DNA of 64,000 bases from Yuukianura sp. NJ FZ-2021. Taxonomy: Eukaryota. Position 1 is the stretch's first letter, and every line of letters begins with the position of its first letter. A program made the position numbers and the translations under genes. Of the stretch, positions 39,601 through 53,700 are shown one piece after another. The DNA is taken from NCBI GenBank assembly GCA_046563655.1, contig CM102290.1, positions 8,556,001-8,620,000 of the forward strand, read 5' to 3'. Under the pieces are notes generated by a model that was given only the letters and a program-made list of their open reading frames with translations, did no database searches and was not told the origin of the DNA.

Positions 39601-42600
39601 TTATTATAATTTTAGGCAATTAACGTCATTAATAATCAGTGTTGCATTAACTGCTCATAACAATTACAGGTAGAGTCAAGATCCTATCGAGAAACGGACG
39701 TTCACTACTTGCATCTTCCAGCGATGCTCACTGGTGGACATTCGGCCAAACGAAGTTGTCCCGGGTTGACATGGTCACACAAAGATACATTTTCAATACG
39801 AACCACCTTATGCTCAACTCAGTTTACTCAAAACGGTGAGCGGTCGACACTGCTGACATTTGACCTCTATTTTTGACTTTGATATGATGATGTTGACCTC
39901 GATCTTAACGTTTTTGAAATTTGAACAGAACACCTATTGGAGTTGCTACAGTGGAGCACAAGTCTGAAGAAAATAATCCAGAGTCAAAGTCAATTGGTTC
40001 ATGAAGTAACTCGTGAATTTTCATCACTTAATTAAGTTTTGTTAATGAATTGTTTAAAATATGGCTTATAGTTTGATGTTTTATGTTTTAGAACACAAGA
40101 ACGACGCTGTTTCACATGCTACTGAACAATTTGAAAAAGACGCTACAAAATGTGCAAGCAGTGAGCGGAGAAGAAATTGTGAAATTCCTTCCATATGTAT
40201 TCAACGCCCTGTTTTCCATTTTGGTGGAATCGCTGGAGTCGATTATGAACGAACTATTTTCAGCAACAGACGCCTTGCCACCAGCTCCAGGAGTCCAGAC
40301 TCAATTTGCACCAGAGAACTGTGACCGACCCGTCTTTGATTGCTTAGTAAGCGCATATCCTCCTACTTCAATTTAATGGACTTATTCAGTTCTAATGTTT
40401 GATTTAACTATGATTTGGCTTTTACTTTTTAGTTTCAATTTTTATTTGACTTTGGTTTTTCTTTCTGTTTTCCTCGGGTTTCTGTAGATTTATATTTTCG
40501 GACTCATTTTAGACCACAAGTTCCAAAATTTCAAATCTGTCCTTTACCATTACATTGAAGAAGAGTTTTCTGCTACCATGGCTTACACGTAATTGCACTT
40601 ACAATTCCTATGTACACTCCTAACCTTGCACTGTTTAGAATTTTACGTCTTCATTTTTGAAAATTTTGAATTTTGAAAATATTTTGTATTTTTACTTGGC
40701 ATGCAGGAAATTGATCAAAGAACTGACGTCTGCCATTTCAAATCCAATTTCGGATCGGGTTTTGAAGATTATGAAAAGTTTGGAATTTTTCATGAAGTTC
40801 ATCGTCAGATCATTTTCGATTAGAATCAAACTCCTTTCTATGGGGTAAGACTTTTAATTAACGCAAATCTAAACTAGCTTAAGTTAAAGTTAGCGTTTTG
40901 TTAACTTATCTTTAATTATGTTGTTTTTGATGTTTTAGACTTGAGTCCAATGAAGAAATAATTGCGAAGGAGGAAGCAGAATTTGAACAGTCTGTGGAAG
41001 CTTTGTTTGCTGCCCTTGGTGGTCTCGTGTCGATGGGGGAGATGCAGTTTGTGAATGCGCAAAAGGGATGCCTCAAGTACATTCCAACCATCATTGAGCC
41101 TCTCAGTACCGTATTTTCTGAGCAGAGACTAAGGTTTGATTAATTAACCTAAGCTACAGAAATGCCGAGCAATTCAACTTATTTGGGGTAATTTATGAGT
41201 TTTTGAATGTGAAGTGAGTTGCTGGCGGCGCTGATTATGCAAGTTGGACGCGGGAGACTCACCATTCCAAAATCGATAGCCATCATGGACATCGTCAAGT
41301 CGCAACTATTTCGAAATCCATTGTCGAGAACCATGCTTCTGCCAATTGTGGCGGACAATATCAAACATGATTTACCTGGAAACGAAGAGGTTTAACAAAT
41401 TTCGAAATGAGAATTTCTAAAAAACGAAATTTGAAAAAAGTGTTGGCTTTTAGGACTTGAAGCGACGGTCGCAGGAACATGCGAAGAATAGATCCAGAAC
41501 CAAAGTGGGTAAAATGATTGGACCGGAAGCGATTGAGGGGCCGTTAATGCTTTTGACTGCAGAGCCGAACAGACACTGCGAGGAGGTATTGTTAGCAGAA
41601 TTTAGAATTTTTGAAAAGTTTCTGTTTTTTTTAAATATCGAACTTTTTTTGAAAATGCTTAGACATATAAATGCGTTGAACTCTTGAGTGAAGTCATGGA
41701 CACTCTGTTCTCCAAAGACATCGGACCGACTGACCAAGACATTGTCTACTTAATTGAAATTTTACTGCGCAACATCATTTTGTCTGTGGGAACAATTGGA
41801 GACAATGACCCAATGGCTGTAAGTATTTTTTTAACAAATTTTTTAAAAAATGAATAAGTAACCTTATGCTGATGTTTTAGGGAAATATGGTTGCCATTTT
41901 GATGGCACTTTTGAGACAAATGCCTCCAGGAGCTTTTACAAATTTTATGATCCGTGTCAAAATGGAATCTGGTTTGACGGAACTGTTCAAGTTCATAAAC
42001 GACGCTCTCGTCGTTTTCAAAAATTTATTTTCAAAATGTTTTTTCCCGCCTCACTGGTCTGAAATGATTTTGCTTCAAAACCAGTAAGGTTTCTTCCAAA
42101 TTCAGCAAGCTCAAGAAACATTGGCAAAATTTTTTAATTTTTGATTTTGTACAGTGTATTGCTTGGTGCTATGGAACAGTTAACGGAAATTGTGAAATCT
42201 GAGTTTGGATCTCCATTTGAATTCATTCCTTGGAACAACTTCTTCCAGTGCGCAGTTTCCTTTTTGGTTCAAGACTCGCTTCAAGTGGAGAGTTTTCCTG
42301 TAGTGAAGAAACAGCGTCTCCTGGTGCAATATGGTGACATGCGCCTGCGTGCCGCTGGGCTCATTCGAATCATGTGGAAATGTCTGGGAGAGAAGCAGAT
42401 TCAGTTTGTACCGAACATGGTGGGAACTTTTCTGGACATGGGCATGGTCCCTGAACCCACCGTCAGAAGAATTGCCATCAGAATTTTCTTTGAAATGATC
42501 CGCAGTGATTTTCTGAACAACGGAAGTTTCCAGAAGGTGAGAATCCATTATTAGCCAATTAGTAATTGATTATGAGTAGCTAATTACTTTTAACACTTTT

Positions 42601-45600
42601 CTGTATAAGGTGGAAGATGAACTTATCAATCGGCTGGTGGAATCAATTGAGGCTGGTCACGGCGATCCGGCATTCAGGCACATTTTTCATGAGAAAATGG
42701 TCAGCAGCTGCTGTGAGGTGGGAAATGAGGCGCTCAAGGAACAGGTACGTTTCATGTTTTTAGTGATTTCCATATTTTTTTTGAGTTTGTTATTTTTGAG
42801 GCTTTTTATGCAATACTTGATTTGGTATTTAGGGACTACGAATGGTGGAGACGGTGACGAAATTACTGGATCTTCTGCTCGAGTATCGTGAAGTAATTGA
42901 TGAAGCTGATTCTGGAAATCGGATGACATGTATCGTAAACTTGCTGGTTTGTCAAGCACAAAACTATCCCAAATTTTGTTAAACTGAGACTGATTTAAAA
43001 AATTCACAATTTTCCAGGACTTTAGTATGGAGGTTGGCCGGAAGGAACTGTACCTGCGTTACCTGTACAAACTCCATGATCTTCACATTTTTAGTCACAA
43101 CTTCACTGAAGCTGCGTTCACGCTCAAACTGCACAGTCGGCAGTTGGAGTGGACGGAGGACGAAGTACCACATTACCTGAGATCTCCGAAGTATCCTCAC
43201 TTGACAACCCAAGTAGAACTAAAGGAAGCCCTGTACAAAGACATCATCAACTACTTTGACGATGAAAATGCGAAGAGTTGGGAATGTGCCATTGAAGTTT
43301 GTGATGAACTTCGTCAGTTGTACGCTGAAGAACTCTTCAGCTACAGTCAACTTCCGGAACTCCTTCTACGCATGTCCGATCTCTATGAAAAGATTTTGAA
43401 GGGAGTGAGATTCGAACCGGGGTACTTCCGTGTTGCGTTTTTCGGGAGAGGATTTCCGTCGTTTTTGCAGGATAAGGTAATTCAAAAGTTTCTATAAACA
43501 AAAAAAGAAAACCAAATTTTAAATTTCAAGATTTTGAAAATCAGGTGTTTGTGTATCGTGGTCGACGGTCTGAAAAACTTGGTGACTTTCAAGCAAGAAT
43601 GTTGGAGAGATTCCCGCATGCCGAGTTGTTGCGAACGCTCAACGCCCCGTCATTGGAAAAACGAAACTCGGTTTGTCAGTGTAAGTGGAACGAAATTGTG
43701 CAATGGTACATCGCTTCGATTTTGTTTTGTGAGCTGGAAGAATTTTTTTTATGTATTTTAGTGCTGCAAATATGTAGCGTGGAGCCTGTGATGGATATGG
43801 ACTCGAACAATAAGCGTTTGAGTGGCATGAAGTACGCAGAGGAGTCCATCCGCCGATATTACCGATCCAATGATGTCAACAAATTCGTCTACTCGAGGCC
43901 GTATCACAAAGAACCTAAAGATCCGAAGAACGAATTTGCGTCGTTATGGCTCGATCGATACACACTATGGACAGCCTCCTCTTTTCCTGGAAACATGAGC
44001 TGGTTTCCTGTAGTCCGAGAGTCATCTACGCAGGTACGGACTAATGGATTCGTGGACTCATGGATTGATAAGACTCATGACATGAGTCCAGTGACCTCCT
44101 TGAATCACTGTGTTTGACTCATTGACTCCTCCTTTGCATGTCCAGATTAAGCCAATCCTGTTTGGTATTGAAACGCTCGTGGACGCAAATGAGAAGCTGA
44201 GGAGTTTGATTTTGGCTCACTGCAGCAATCCACAAGAGGACTTGGGCACTTTGTCGATGAAACTCAATGGAGTGCTGGACGCTGCTGTCATGGGAGGAAT
44301 TGCCAATTATGAAAAAGTTAGTTTGCTGGAAAAAAAAAGAATACAGCATTTATATTCTTTACGTTACGTTTTTCTTGTAGGCATTCTTTTCTCCGGAATA
44401 TTTGGAGCGGGAACCGGATGATGCCCAACATGTTCTAACGATGAAGCATTTAGTTCTGGCTCAAGTTCCGCTGATTTCGGAGTGTTTACGAGTAAAAAAC
44501 CATTAAACATTATTGTTGTTGTTGTTTTTTTTTTCAATTTTATAAGACTACTCTACACCTATTTCCTTATTCAGATTCATCGTGAGAAGATTGCAGAATC
44601 GCTGAGACCTAATCATGAAAAATTGGAGGACAGGTACAGAGAACTTCTGACTCATCTTGAAGAAGCTTACGGAGATCTGGGCATCAACGTGAGAGAAATG
44701 AAGGACGAGGGACTACAACGTGACATGGAACGAGTCCAGAAGAAGCGATTAGCACTTACGCGGAAAGACGATAGAACGAAACCACATGTTATTACGAGAA
44801 ATTCAGAGTATGTTATGTTTTTAGCGATTAGTTAGTAGCTTAATCGGTTAGATTAACGTAATCTGTTAGGCTAACACAATAAATACTTGAAACTATAAGT
44901 TCAATTTTTTCTTGTTTTTTTTTTTCAGTGGAATTCGTGTGACGGCGTTACAACGCAGCAAGAGTTCGTTTTCGTCGACCCTCAGTGTCTACTCTGGATT
45001 TGCACATACCAAGTACGTGTTCGATTGAAAATATATTAATATTTTTATATATAATAAATATAAGTATTTGGTAATTAATTAAAAATTGTTTTTATCAGAA
45101 ATACTGTTGGCAAGTCCGTGGTTGCTATTCATCGCCCAGGAATAATGCATCGACGGTCTACGCAAAGTTCGTTTGACGAATGTGTTGGGATTGGGAGCAG
45201 CAGTAGCAGTAATTTGCGTGGGAATTTGTTTATAATGGGTTCCTCTATGAACAAACTGTCGTCAATTTGTGGAGAAGAACCTGAGACGTCCAATTCTCAT
45301 AGCACGTCCACTTCATCAATCCAGGTAGAAATGGTTAACCTCTCTATTGCTTTTCGTTCCCGAGATATGAATTTTTAAAGTTTTTAAAAATTAAAATAAT
45401 GAAAATTTATATCTCGAGAACGGAAGACGATAGAGACCTAATCTCTTCACGAAAAACTGTCAAAAATATTTAAAATTTTAATACATTTTATGTATTTGAT
45501 TAAAAGCTTCACCAATGAGTGGAAATTGTTTGTTTTTAGTCTCAACTCAATCCGAGGCTGTCTGTGACTCTGGACAATCGTAAGAGCACTGGAACTTGGG

Positions 45601-45809
45601 CGAGTTTTGGCAACGGAGACGCTCGTAGTTCTGGAATTTCAATTTCGTCAAACGCTGAAAATTCGTCTAGGAATTCTATGGAGTCACGTGAGGATGAAGA
45701 TCAGCCGATTCCACCAGCACTGCCACCGAAGCACCGTGAAGCGCTTGCACAGTTGTTCCAAGAAATGAATCTCGGATCCCCACCACCCCTTCCACCCAAA
45801 CCTTCATAA
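36698..45809 (+). CDS. mbc: DOCK-A (DOCK1/2/5, myoblast city/CED-5) Rac GEF, many exons
   Basis: First exon MEPTVWTP...FGV (36698-36749) splices to an SH3 exon. DHR-1/C2 KMGFPEVILPNDVRNDLYVTL; ELYLRYLYKLHDLH; DHR-2 YFRVAFFGRGFPSFL, NEFASLWLDR and LSMKLNGVLDAAVMGGIANYEK. C-terminal Crk-SH3-type motifs PPALPPK and PPPLPPK. Confidence 0.92.
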
Positions 45810-46860
45810 CTCGGCCAATATGTTAAAGTCAAACATAGCCTAACTAACCTAACAAAACTAAATGAAAGAAATAATTCCAGAAATAAGTTGGTAACGAAAG
45901 TTAAGTTAACGTAAGAGTACAAAATTGTTCAAATGCTGGTCAGTATTTTCGATTTGTTGTTGTGTTCAGTGTGCCAAAACGTTTTTTGCCTTCCCATGAT
46001 TCCAGTCATTCCAGTGTTGTCTAATAACCTTGATGGTTGTGCTTTCGCCTTACCTCTTATGAAACTTTTTTTTTCGTATTTGTTCAAAAAAATGGTTTTC
46101 AAAAATCTTTTTTTTTAACTTGTAACCTGTCTCCGTCTTTTTTCAAAACGCCGTCATTTTGTTTTCTGTTCTTAAAATTTCATACCGCCAATTGCTTACT
46201 GTGGACAATTCAGATTTTATGTTGGAATTTGAGTTGATATTTTGTATTTAAAAACTTTTTGTTCGTTCGCTGTGCAGGTACAGACGAATTGTTGTGAGAA
46301 GTTGGTTGTTATTAATCTAGCACAATTTTAGTTAGGCTAATGTTCGCCTAATCTTAAGTATTTTCCAGTGTAACGTAAGTATTAGTCGATCACAAACCTA
46401 ACATCACTGTATTCTGTACTATTTAACCTAATCTTATAAACCCTAACTTAGGTTAACCTAGTTAACCTCTTTTTTTCAATTCTTGCACTGGATTATTCTA
46501 ACTCTGAGCCTTGGAAAGCCAAAAGACGTAAAGCAGATAATGTGATAAAATTCAACACACGTTCCACCTTCTATGATTTCCGTACAAAATTTTGTTGAAG
46601 CAATGCTTTTGAACTGAAGTAATTTTAATTAACAACGAATTACTAATTTAAATTTAGAGATTTAGTTTAATTAAAGGTGTGAAAAACGGCAGGCCAAAGA
46701 CTGTAGTCACTGTTTTAATTTTGTGAAATTAATTTGCAATGAATAAAACTTACTGCAAAAAAAAACTTTGTCTTTTATTTAGATTCAAATTGCGAGATTC
46801 CACGATCAACGTGGACTTTCTAAATTTGTTTTCACTGTTTTAAGTCAAAATTTGGAAAAG

Positions 46861-48074
46861 TTAAGCCATGTGCCCAATTCTGAAGAAAGTTTTGGAGGAA
46901 TCGGAGTCGATGAGGAATTCGGGAGTGTGAACGTGGGTTTTGGTGGGGGCTTCGAGTGGCTTCAAGACTTCGATGTTTGACGACGGGGCTGGTGGGAGAA
47001 CAGCTGAAAGGGCGGGGCTGGTGAACATTGGTTTGGATGCTGGTGGAGCAACTGGTTTCATTGGAACGACATAGCTGGAGTAGCTGGAGTGAGTGGGCTT
47101 CTCGTATTGGCTCAAGTCAACCTTGGGGAGGAGCAAAAGTGATCGCTGGATCTCCTCTGGGATTGGTGGAGACACTGGAATGTGAGATCCGATTGGCCGA
47201 AATCCATTTTCATCAGCGGTGTACGTCATGCTAATGAAAAGAAAACAGACAAGAAATGGTTGACATTTTATGTAGGCGTAGACACGTCGCAAGTGTATCG
47301 CAGGTATGTCGCAAGTGCGTCGCAGGTTAGTCGTAAGTACGAATAATGTAAATTTTTAGCTTAAGGATTGGGTGAGTAACATCATTTGTATCTCTAAGGA
47401 AGCGTAGCTGCATCGCAAGTGCGTCGCAGCTATGCCGCACGTGTGTCGCAGCTATGTCGCAGGTTTTTAGTAAAATGCTTGAGAACTGGTGGCTCACGTG
47501 AACTGTTGGTTTTCTGGAGATGTGAAGGAGAAGGATCCCACTTTGGTGGCTCCGGCTTCACCATTGATGACCTTCAGACCTCCAGATTCAGTGAACTTGG
47601 TTCCATCCTCAGAAACTGAACTGCGAAAATTTAGGTAAGAATTAGTCAAATAAGTTGACTTAATCAGGCTATATTTTCATAAAAACGTAACATTTACGAA
47701 CACAATTGCCGAGATAGAGGACTTACTCAAAGTTGTAGTTGCCAGCGTTGTCAGAACCTGAACGTAGAAAATTAAAGTTCGTAGCGTCAAATTTGAATTT
47801 ACGAAAAATAAATTATCCAAAATTTTGAGAAGCTTATCCAAAATGCTTACTTCCAACGAGGCGCATGATTTTGACAAACTTCTTGCCTCCAAGCGTCTCA
47901 AAAGTCGCCATGCGATGGCCGCTTTCGTAGCCACCATAGCTGTTTGCACTGACAGCAGCCACGAGAAATGCGAGACAAACAACCTTAAGGTATCAAAAAA
48001 TTCAAATCAAATTCTTGTTGGAACGAACATTTTTGAAAATTAAAATTCTGTTTTGCAATGCTTACGGCTTTCAT
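46861..48074 (-). CDS. RR-1 cuticular protein, 5 exons, about 221 aa
   Basis: Exons 48066-48074 (MKA), 47851-47983 (signal peptide [13 protein letters not shown]), 47727-47757, 47498-47620 and 46861-47230. R&R consensus GNYNFD...SEDG...ESG...[32 protein letters not shown], followed by PPIPEEI. Confidence 0.9.
47280..47463. repeat. Intronic minisatellite of about 11-bp GTCGCA-containing units
   Basis: Two clusters of GTCGCAAGTG/GTCGCAGGT/GTCGCAGCT units in the last intron of the cuticle gene. Confidence 0.6.
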
Positions 48075-48165
48075 GATGGATGATGCTTAAGTTTTTGAAA
48101 ACTTGGAAACTTTGGTGGTTTTCGGAAAAGTTGAAGTGATGTTCACTTGGACTGATGAAATGCTG

Positions 48166-48204
48166 AACTGATGATTTTTTCTGGAAGGGGACAGCCCTTA
48201 AATA
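48166..48204 (-). promoter_or_regulatory. Candidate TATA-like box plus arthropod Initiator for the cuticle gene
   Basis: Minus-strand TATTTAA (48198-48204) lies about 32-35 nt upstream of TCATCAGTT (Inr TCAGTT at 48166-48171), about 95 nt before the ATG. Confidence 0.55.
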
Positions 48205-48809
48205 CCAAACTTTCTGGATTGAGATCCGTGTTGCGAAGATGACGAATTGTTGTTCCGGAGATGAATACATCGTGTGACCTTGTTTGCGCGTCTATGAAGG
48301 ACATGTCTATTTGTGGGTACTTAGGACAAGGAGACCCTTGACTCTGATTCCAATGACATTGAAGTGAGGGACACTTGTTTTTGTTCTAAATCTATTTGAA
48401 CAGAATCAAATCTATTTTTAGACAAAATAAAAACGTTTAGAAAAGTTACAAAAACTTGTTTTGACAATTGGTTCCACCTCATACCAGGTTTACATATTTT
48501 ATAATACAAAGTTTTGTTTAGTTATAAGCTATGCTTACGTTGCAAGATTTTGAATTTCAGACTTTCTGATGTTGAAATATTTTTGAATATTTTTACTTTT
48601 CAAATATAAATCAAGTAATAATTGTGATAAAAGTGCACAATGGCACTTGCAGTAATTGAAAAGAATTCGTTGCATGGACAAGTGACTACCATAATCATCA
48701 TTTGGTAATACGCGATCAACTATCTCTTTTTTGTAAGTATTACGTTTCGTTTTGAGCTTCGTGAGGTGAGTTGCTTTTCTTGCTTTGAGAATGTGATTCG
48801 TGGAGAGTG

Positions 48810-49975
48810 CTAAGCACGATGATCTCCGCCACCAAACTCGGCAACATTACTGGGAAAAGACAAACAACTGCCAGCGGGTGATGGCGCTCGTTGTCCGCTA
48901 GATTTGTTCTTTTTCTGTCGTTTCTTCTCTTTCAATTTGAGGTAACTTGTTTCAGCATCAACCAGTCCATCATCGGTAACATCACTCTCAGTAAAGGATA
49001 CTTGATTCAAGAACTTCACCAGTTGTGGATTCGGTGGAGTGAGTGGAACAGTAGAACGACGCATCAGGGCATCCACTTCTTGATTGATCAGATCTCGCAT
49101 GCGTCTGGAAAGGAAACAGGAGAATTGTGTGAATAATGGATTGCTTTTGTTTGAGTAATCCATTATGAACTTACTGCATTTCTTGACGAAAGGAAGTGAT
49201 ATCGAATTCAGACACGACGGAAGGTGGTGCCGAACTACCCTGTGACGAAGGACTGGCAGTTCGTCCATGCATGTTTTGGTACGACGAGATGATAATGTCC
49301 TTGTCTCGAACGACTCCGGTAAATTTAGTTTCCAATTCATCTTTGGCTCGACTCATTTTGTCAAGATCTTGTCGTAAGGAAGCACAAAGATGATGAAGTT
49401 GGGTGATTGTATTTGAGTAGTCTTTCAATTGGGCAGCAAGATCTCTATCTCGATTGAAAAAGTTCTCACCACTGCTTGTATTAGTACTTTTGACTCTCAT
49501 TTCTTCATGTGGATCAGTTTGTGTCCCAATGGAATGCTGCTCAGTTTGTGTCGAAGTAGAACATACCGAATGAGGACGATCTGGACCAGCACCAACATCC
49601 ACGGCCTTTTTTGGAATTCTCGCCAAGTGAATGTTCATTGCTTCTCGTTCTCGTCGATCGCGCTCTTGCTGGGAACTCAGAATGTGTGCCCATGAACCTA
49701 GGTTCACATAAAGAAATAATTAGATGACACTTCAGTGCCTCATCGTGAAACCCAGAAAAATCGGTAAATTGAATCATACCTCTCTTGAAGTTCATCATAC
49801 TGTTCCTGCTGGCACTTGGATGGCCCACACGAGACCGTGAAGAAGATGCTTCTGTAATAGCACGATGTTGACCCACTGGTTCCGAGGTTGGAGTTCGACT
49901 GATCCGAACGTTGACTTCAACCGAATGCTTGCCAGTACTGGTAACTACACGATGGCCCTTGTCCTTCCCCTCCAT
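48810..49975 (-). CDS. Uncharacterised coiled-coil protein with TQT motifs, 3 coding exons, about 337 aa
   Basis: Exons 49780-49975, 49175-49697 and 48810-49104 join in frame via GT-AG introns. It has a heptad segment (LAAQLKDYSNTITQLHHLCASLRQDLDKMSRAKDELETK) and a basic cluster KLKEKKRQKK. Confidence 0.7.
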
Positions 49976-50760
49976 AATGCCCGTACTGAACTGAAACACC
50001 GAACAGGAAATCGAAAGTAATGTTCAGTCTGAAACAAGCAACAAATTAGCGATTAGTTTACAACCAACAGTCAACCAAAGACTGCACACAAATCAACTGT
50101 TTTAACTGCCACACTACTCGACGGATTAGAAAGGAAGAACACCCTTGCCGCCGTTCACAGGTCAATGACCGCTGATTTTACTCCTTACCGGCAAACAAAC
50201 AAATATCAGAAAATTTGCCCTCGATGTTATTCCTATCCGTAGCGGTAGCAACCAAGTGGAAGTGTGACCTATTGTCAATTGAACGTATTAATGATCGGCC
50301 TTACCTTGTGACCTGGACCTGGACATTGGGCAATGTTCACTCTCGATGACAGAAGCGATGCTGGAGCTCGATTCTCCTAATATTACAAAGACAAAAACAA
50401 AAATTATGAAAAAAAGTGCCCGCTTCCCGCTTCAAAAATTCGAATATGTACTCCGATTGAAAACCAAGGAATTTGAGCCTGAAGTTAACATGACACGACC
50501 GACACGTTCCTTCTTGATGCTTTAATTATTAATTAAATTAATTATTACAAACGAATGTGTTACGTAAAGTTAGAATATTTAACTCTAAATCATGGACCAC
50601 TCTCCTGATACCCTCGAAACCACTCTCCTGATTTAGAAGTACTAAAAAGTTGGTATTTATTTTATCAACAGTTCTAAAATTTATAGAATAGACAAATAAA
50701 TTATTTCTCCAATAAATCACGAAGATCCAATGTACACAACACACGAAATTAGTTAAGAAA

Positions 50761-53700
50761 TTACTGGAGCCTAGTTTTTAGAAAAGTTACAAAACTCATC
50801 ACTTTGTTCACTCTACGTTGTAGAAGATCTGCAGGCAGACATTCCTTGAGCAATTCCAGTTCCTTGACTAGTCTCTTGTGTTTGTATAATGTTGCTCCAT
50901 GAATCTAAAATAGAGACGACGAGTTAACACTGGGAACAAGACCAATTCAGCCTAATTCTCCAACGAATATGACACTTACCTTGAGAAATAACGCAATATA
51001 CGCTTGGCCGTTTTCAAAGTTCCTTTTCGACTGACATAGTGCTCTTGCAAAACGTAAAAACTGTTGTAACAGTAAGACTGTCCCACCAGCCTCAGGACCC
51101 AAACCCGTAATTTCCATATCAATCCTGGAAGGCCCTTGAGCGTTGAGTACTTCACAGAGGTCTGGAAGTAAAACGAAGTTTAGACAATTGGCAGCCATTT
51201 AAAAAGCTGGCGGGGTCTTTCCTACGTTTTCTAGCATTCAAATGTGGTAAGCATACCATCTACTTGCTGAAGATCAGTTTCGAAGTCCGCAACCTGTAGT
51301 CCTTGTACGAATTCAGAGGCACGAAATCCAGGAACCTCATTCAGGATCTTCGAAACAATCAAGTTGGATTCTGCCTCGGATTCCATCTCGACGTTCACTT
51401 CAGAGGTTTTCGCAGTTTGAAGGAAGAACGGAGCCACATACGTCTTAGCCGGTTGCTTCGGTTTATTTCTCATCTAATCACATATGCAAAGTTGTGACCT
51501 TACCATTATGATGAAAAAAAAACGATTAAAATGTTTTAAAAAGCCTTACTTTGATGATGTCCAATTTTAGCAAGTTCCTCCATCGAGAATCCGGAATTAA
51601 ACTCAGAGTGATTAAATCTTTCTCTACTTGTTTAGGTGAAACGTATACTAGCGGTACTTGTTCCATGGTGAGTTCTTCTGTAAGCAAGATGTATAGGACG
51701 TTAGGAAATCATCGGTTTTTGATACGTTAACCATATAAATTGTTTCACTTATGAGCAGGTCACCTGTTTTCCTCGCTGATGTAGATGCGTCAAACAGCGG
51801 CGGTTCGTAGTCGATTGGTAATGGCATAAGAGAAACATGCCCGAACAGCGTTTTGTTAGACCATATGAAAATTCCTGTTCTATTACAAAAGCTTCCCGCT
51901 AAATGCTCACCGGTTGGCGAGTAATCCAGCGACGTAACTATTGACTCAACTCGAATCACATCTATCAAACTTTAGAAAATAAAAATTAACTTTCTAAACA
52001 TACTGCTATGTTAAAAATTCAAATTACTCTGCAGTGCTAAGTTCCCAAGTTCTAACTAAGCAGTCCGTTGTGGCAGCCGTTAGCCACATGTTGTCAGGAG
52101 AGAAGGAAGCATCGGTTAGAGGATTCGAGATTTCTGTAAATCGACGGAAGCAATTTCTTGCTGACAGATTAATTACGAAGATGCTGAAATCATCCAGTGC
52201 AACTCCGGCAAAGTAATCCCTGGGTAACACAAAACATTACTCGGTGCGTTGATGTTCACTTACGCCAAAGGTCAAGTATCACAAAAAATCATTTGCTCAC
52301 GTTGTTCGATGAAAGATAAAATTTACACCAGCTGGAATCGAAATTTCATCGTTTGATACACCAGTTTTGAAATCCCAAAACTTAAGATTTCCATAAGACG
52401 CCCCAGTTAGAACTGTTATGTTCAATTGATCCACAGCAACACCACGAACCGTGACTCTAAGATGTGCAAGAACGAAAACGTTATGAATTAAAACGTGCAC
52501 ATAGCGTTAACATAAAGTAACGGAACTTATATCAAGTATAAACTCACGGTGATCCATGCGTTCCTCCATGTGCTGGACAACCATCTTTGGAAACATACGT
52601 TTTACGATGAAGTCCAGACTGAATGTTAAACCTTTCTACTGTTCCATTGTCGTAGCCGACAATCACAAACTGACAACATGCTGTCATTGTTATGCACTGC
52701 AGAACATACAACCAATTTCAATAAATAATAAAGTAGAACTCATACTTTCGCTACTTAATAACTGAAGCAACATTTCCAAAGAAAGAGTTTCAGTCTCACC
52801 GTTGCAGTAACGTTGACATGAGGAAGTTTTGTGTACTTTGGAAGCATCAGGGTTTTGTCACCTCTCTTGGTATTGGCGAAAGACCACGTCGACACTCCCA
52901 CTTGTCCAGCATGGCATGCAGCAATATCAGCATGATGTGACGGGGCAGTTACAGTTTCTGGCCATCCATAATCAAAATCAATTAATTAGTATAGGGTGAT
53001 TTTGGTTGAAGTATTAGTTTTAGAACTCTTACGTGTTGTAAACTGAGTTATTGGAGCCATCCCATTGGAAGAGTCAGTTAAATTGTTAAACGATCGTTTT
53101 AGTTTCACCTCCTGATTTGTTAGATTGCTTTTGCTGATGCATCGATTATAAGTCTCATTGTAAATATGGAACATCCGAAAGCTCCCATCCGAACTTGAGC
53201 TAAGAATATACTTCGCTTCCACTTCTTTCCCAAAGAACCGTACCCTATTGCTTGGTTTTCCATGCCCATCTCTCGAGTTCAGTAAACGACAACTCCCATC
53301 AGGCATATCGAATATCCATACCTGGAATGTATTCAAAGTTTGGCAATAACCTTATGCGATTGGATTTAGAACCTTGATAACCTTATAAAGGATTATAACC
53401 TTTAGACTGTTATCCGATGACGATGTAACAAACATGGGCTCTTGCGGGAGACTTTGGATTCCGCCGACAGGCCCGTCATGAGCCTTCTCTTGGTGGCACA
53501 CAAGCTGTTGAGCTGAAAAAATAAGTAGACTTGCACTTGCAGAAAATATTGTGCAACATAACTAAAATTGTAATTTTCTCACTTTCAAGGTCCCACAGTG
53601 TAATGCTTCCTTGTGGACTTCCACAAATGAGAATTGGTGCTCCGTCCAGGCGAAATGAAATACTAATTGGTTCTTCTAAACAACTGAATTTCATCAATGT

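Noticed and set aside
45341..45436. Intronic inverted repeat in DOCK as a structured ncRNA
   Set aside because: Imperfect AT-rich arms typical of a transposon remnant; no further support.
51231..51233. Apparent premature stop in WDR36
   Set aside because: It lies inside an intron (GTATGC donor after GTA GAT G, TTCCAG acceptor), so the frame is intact.
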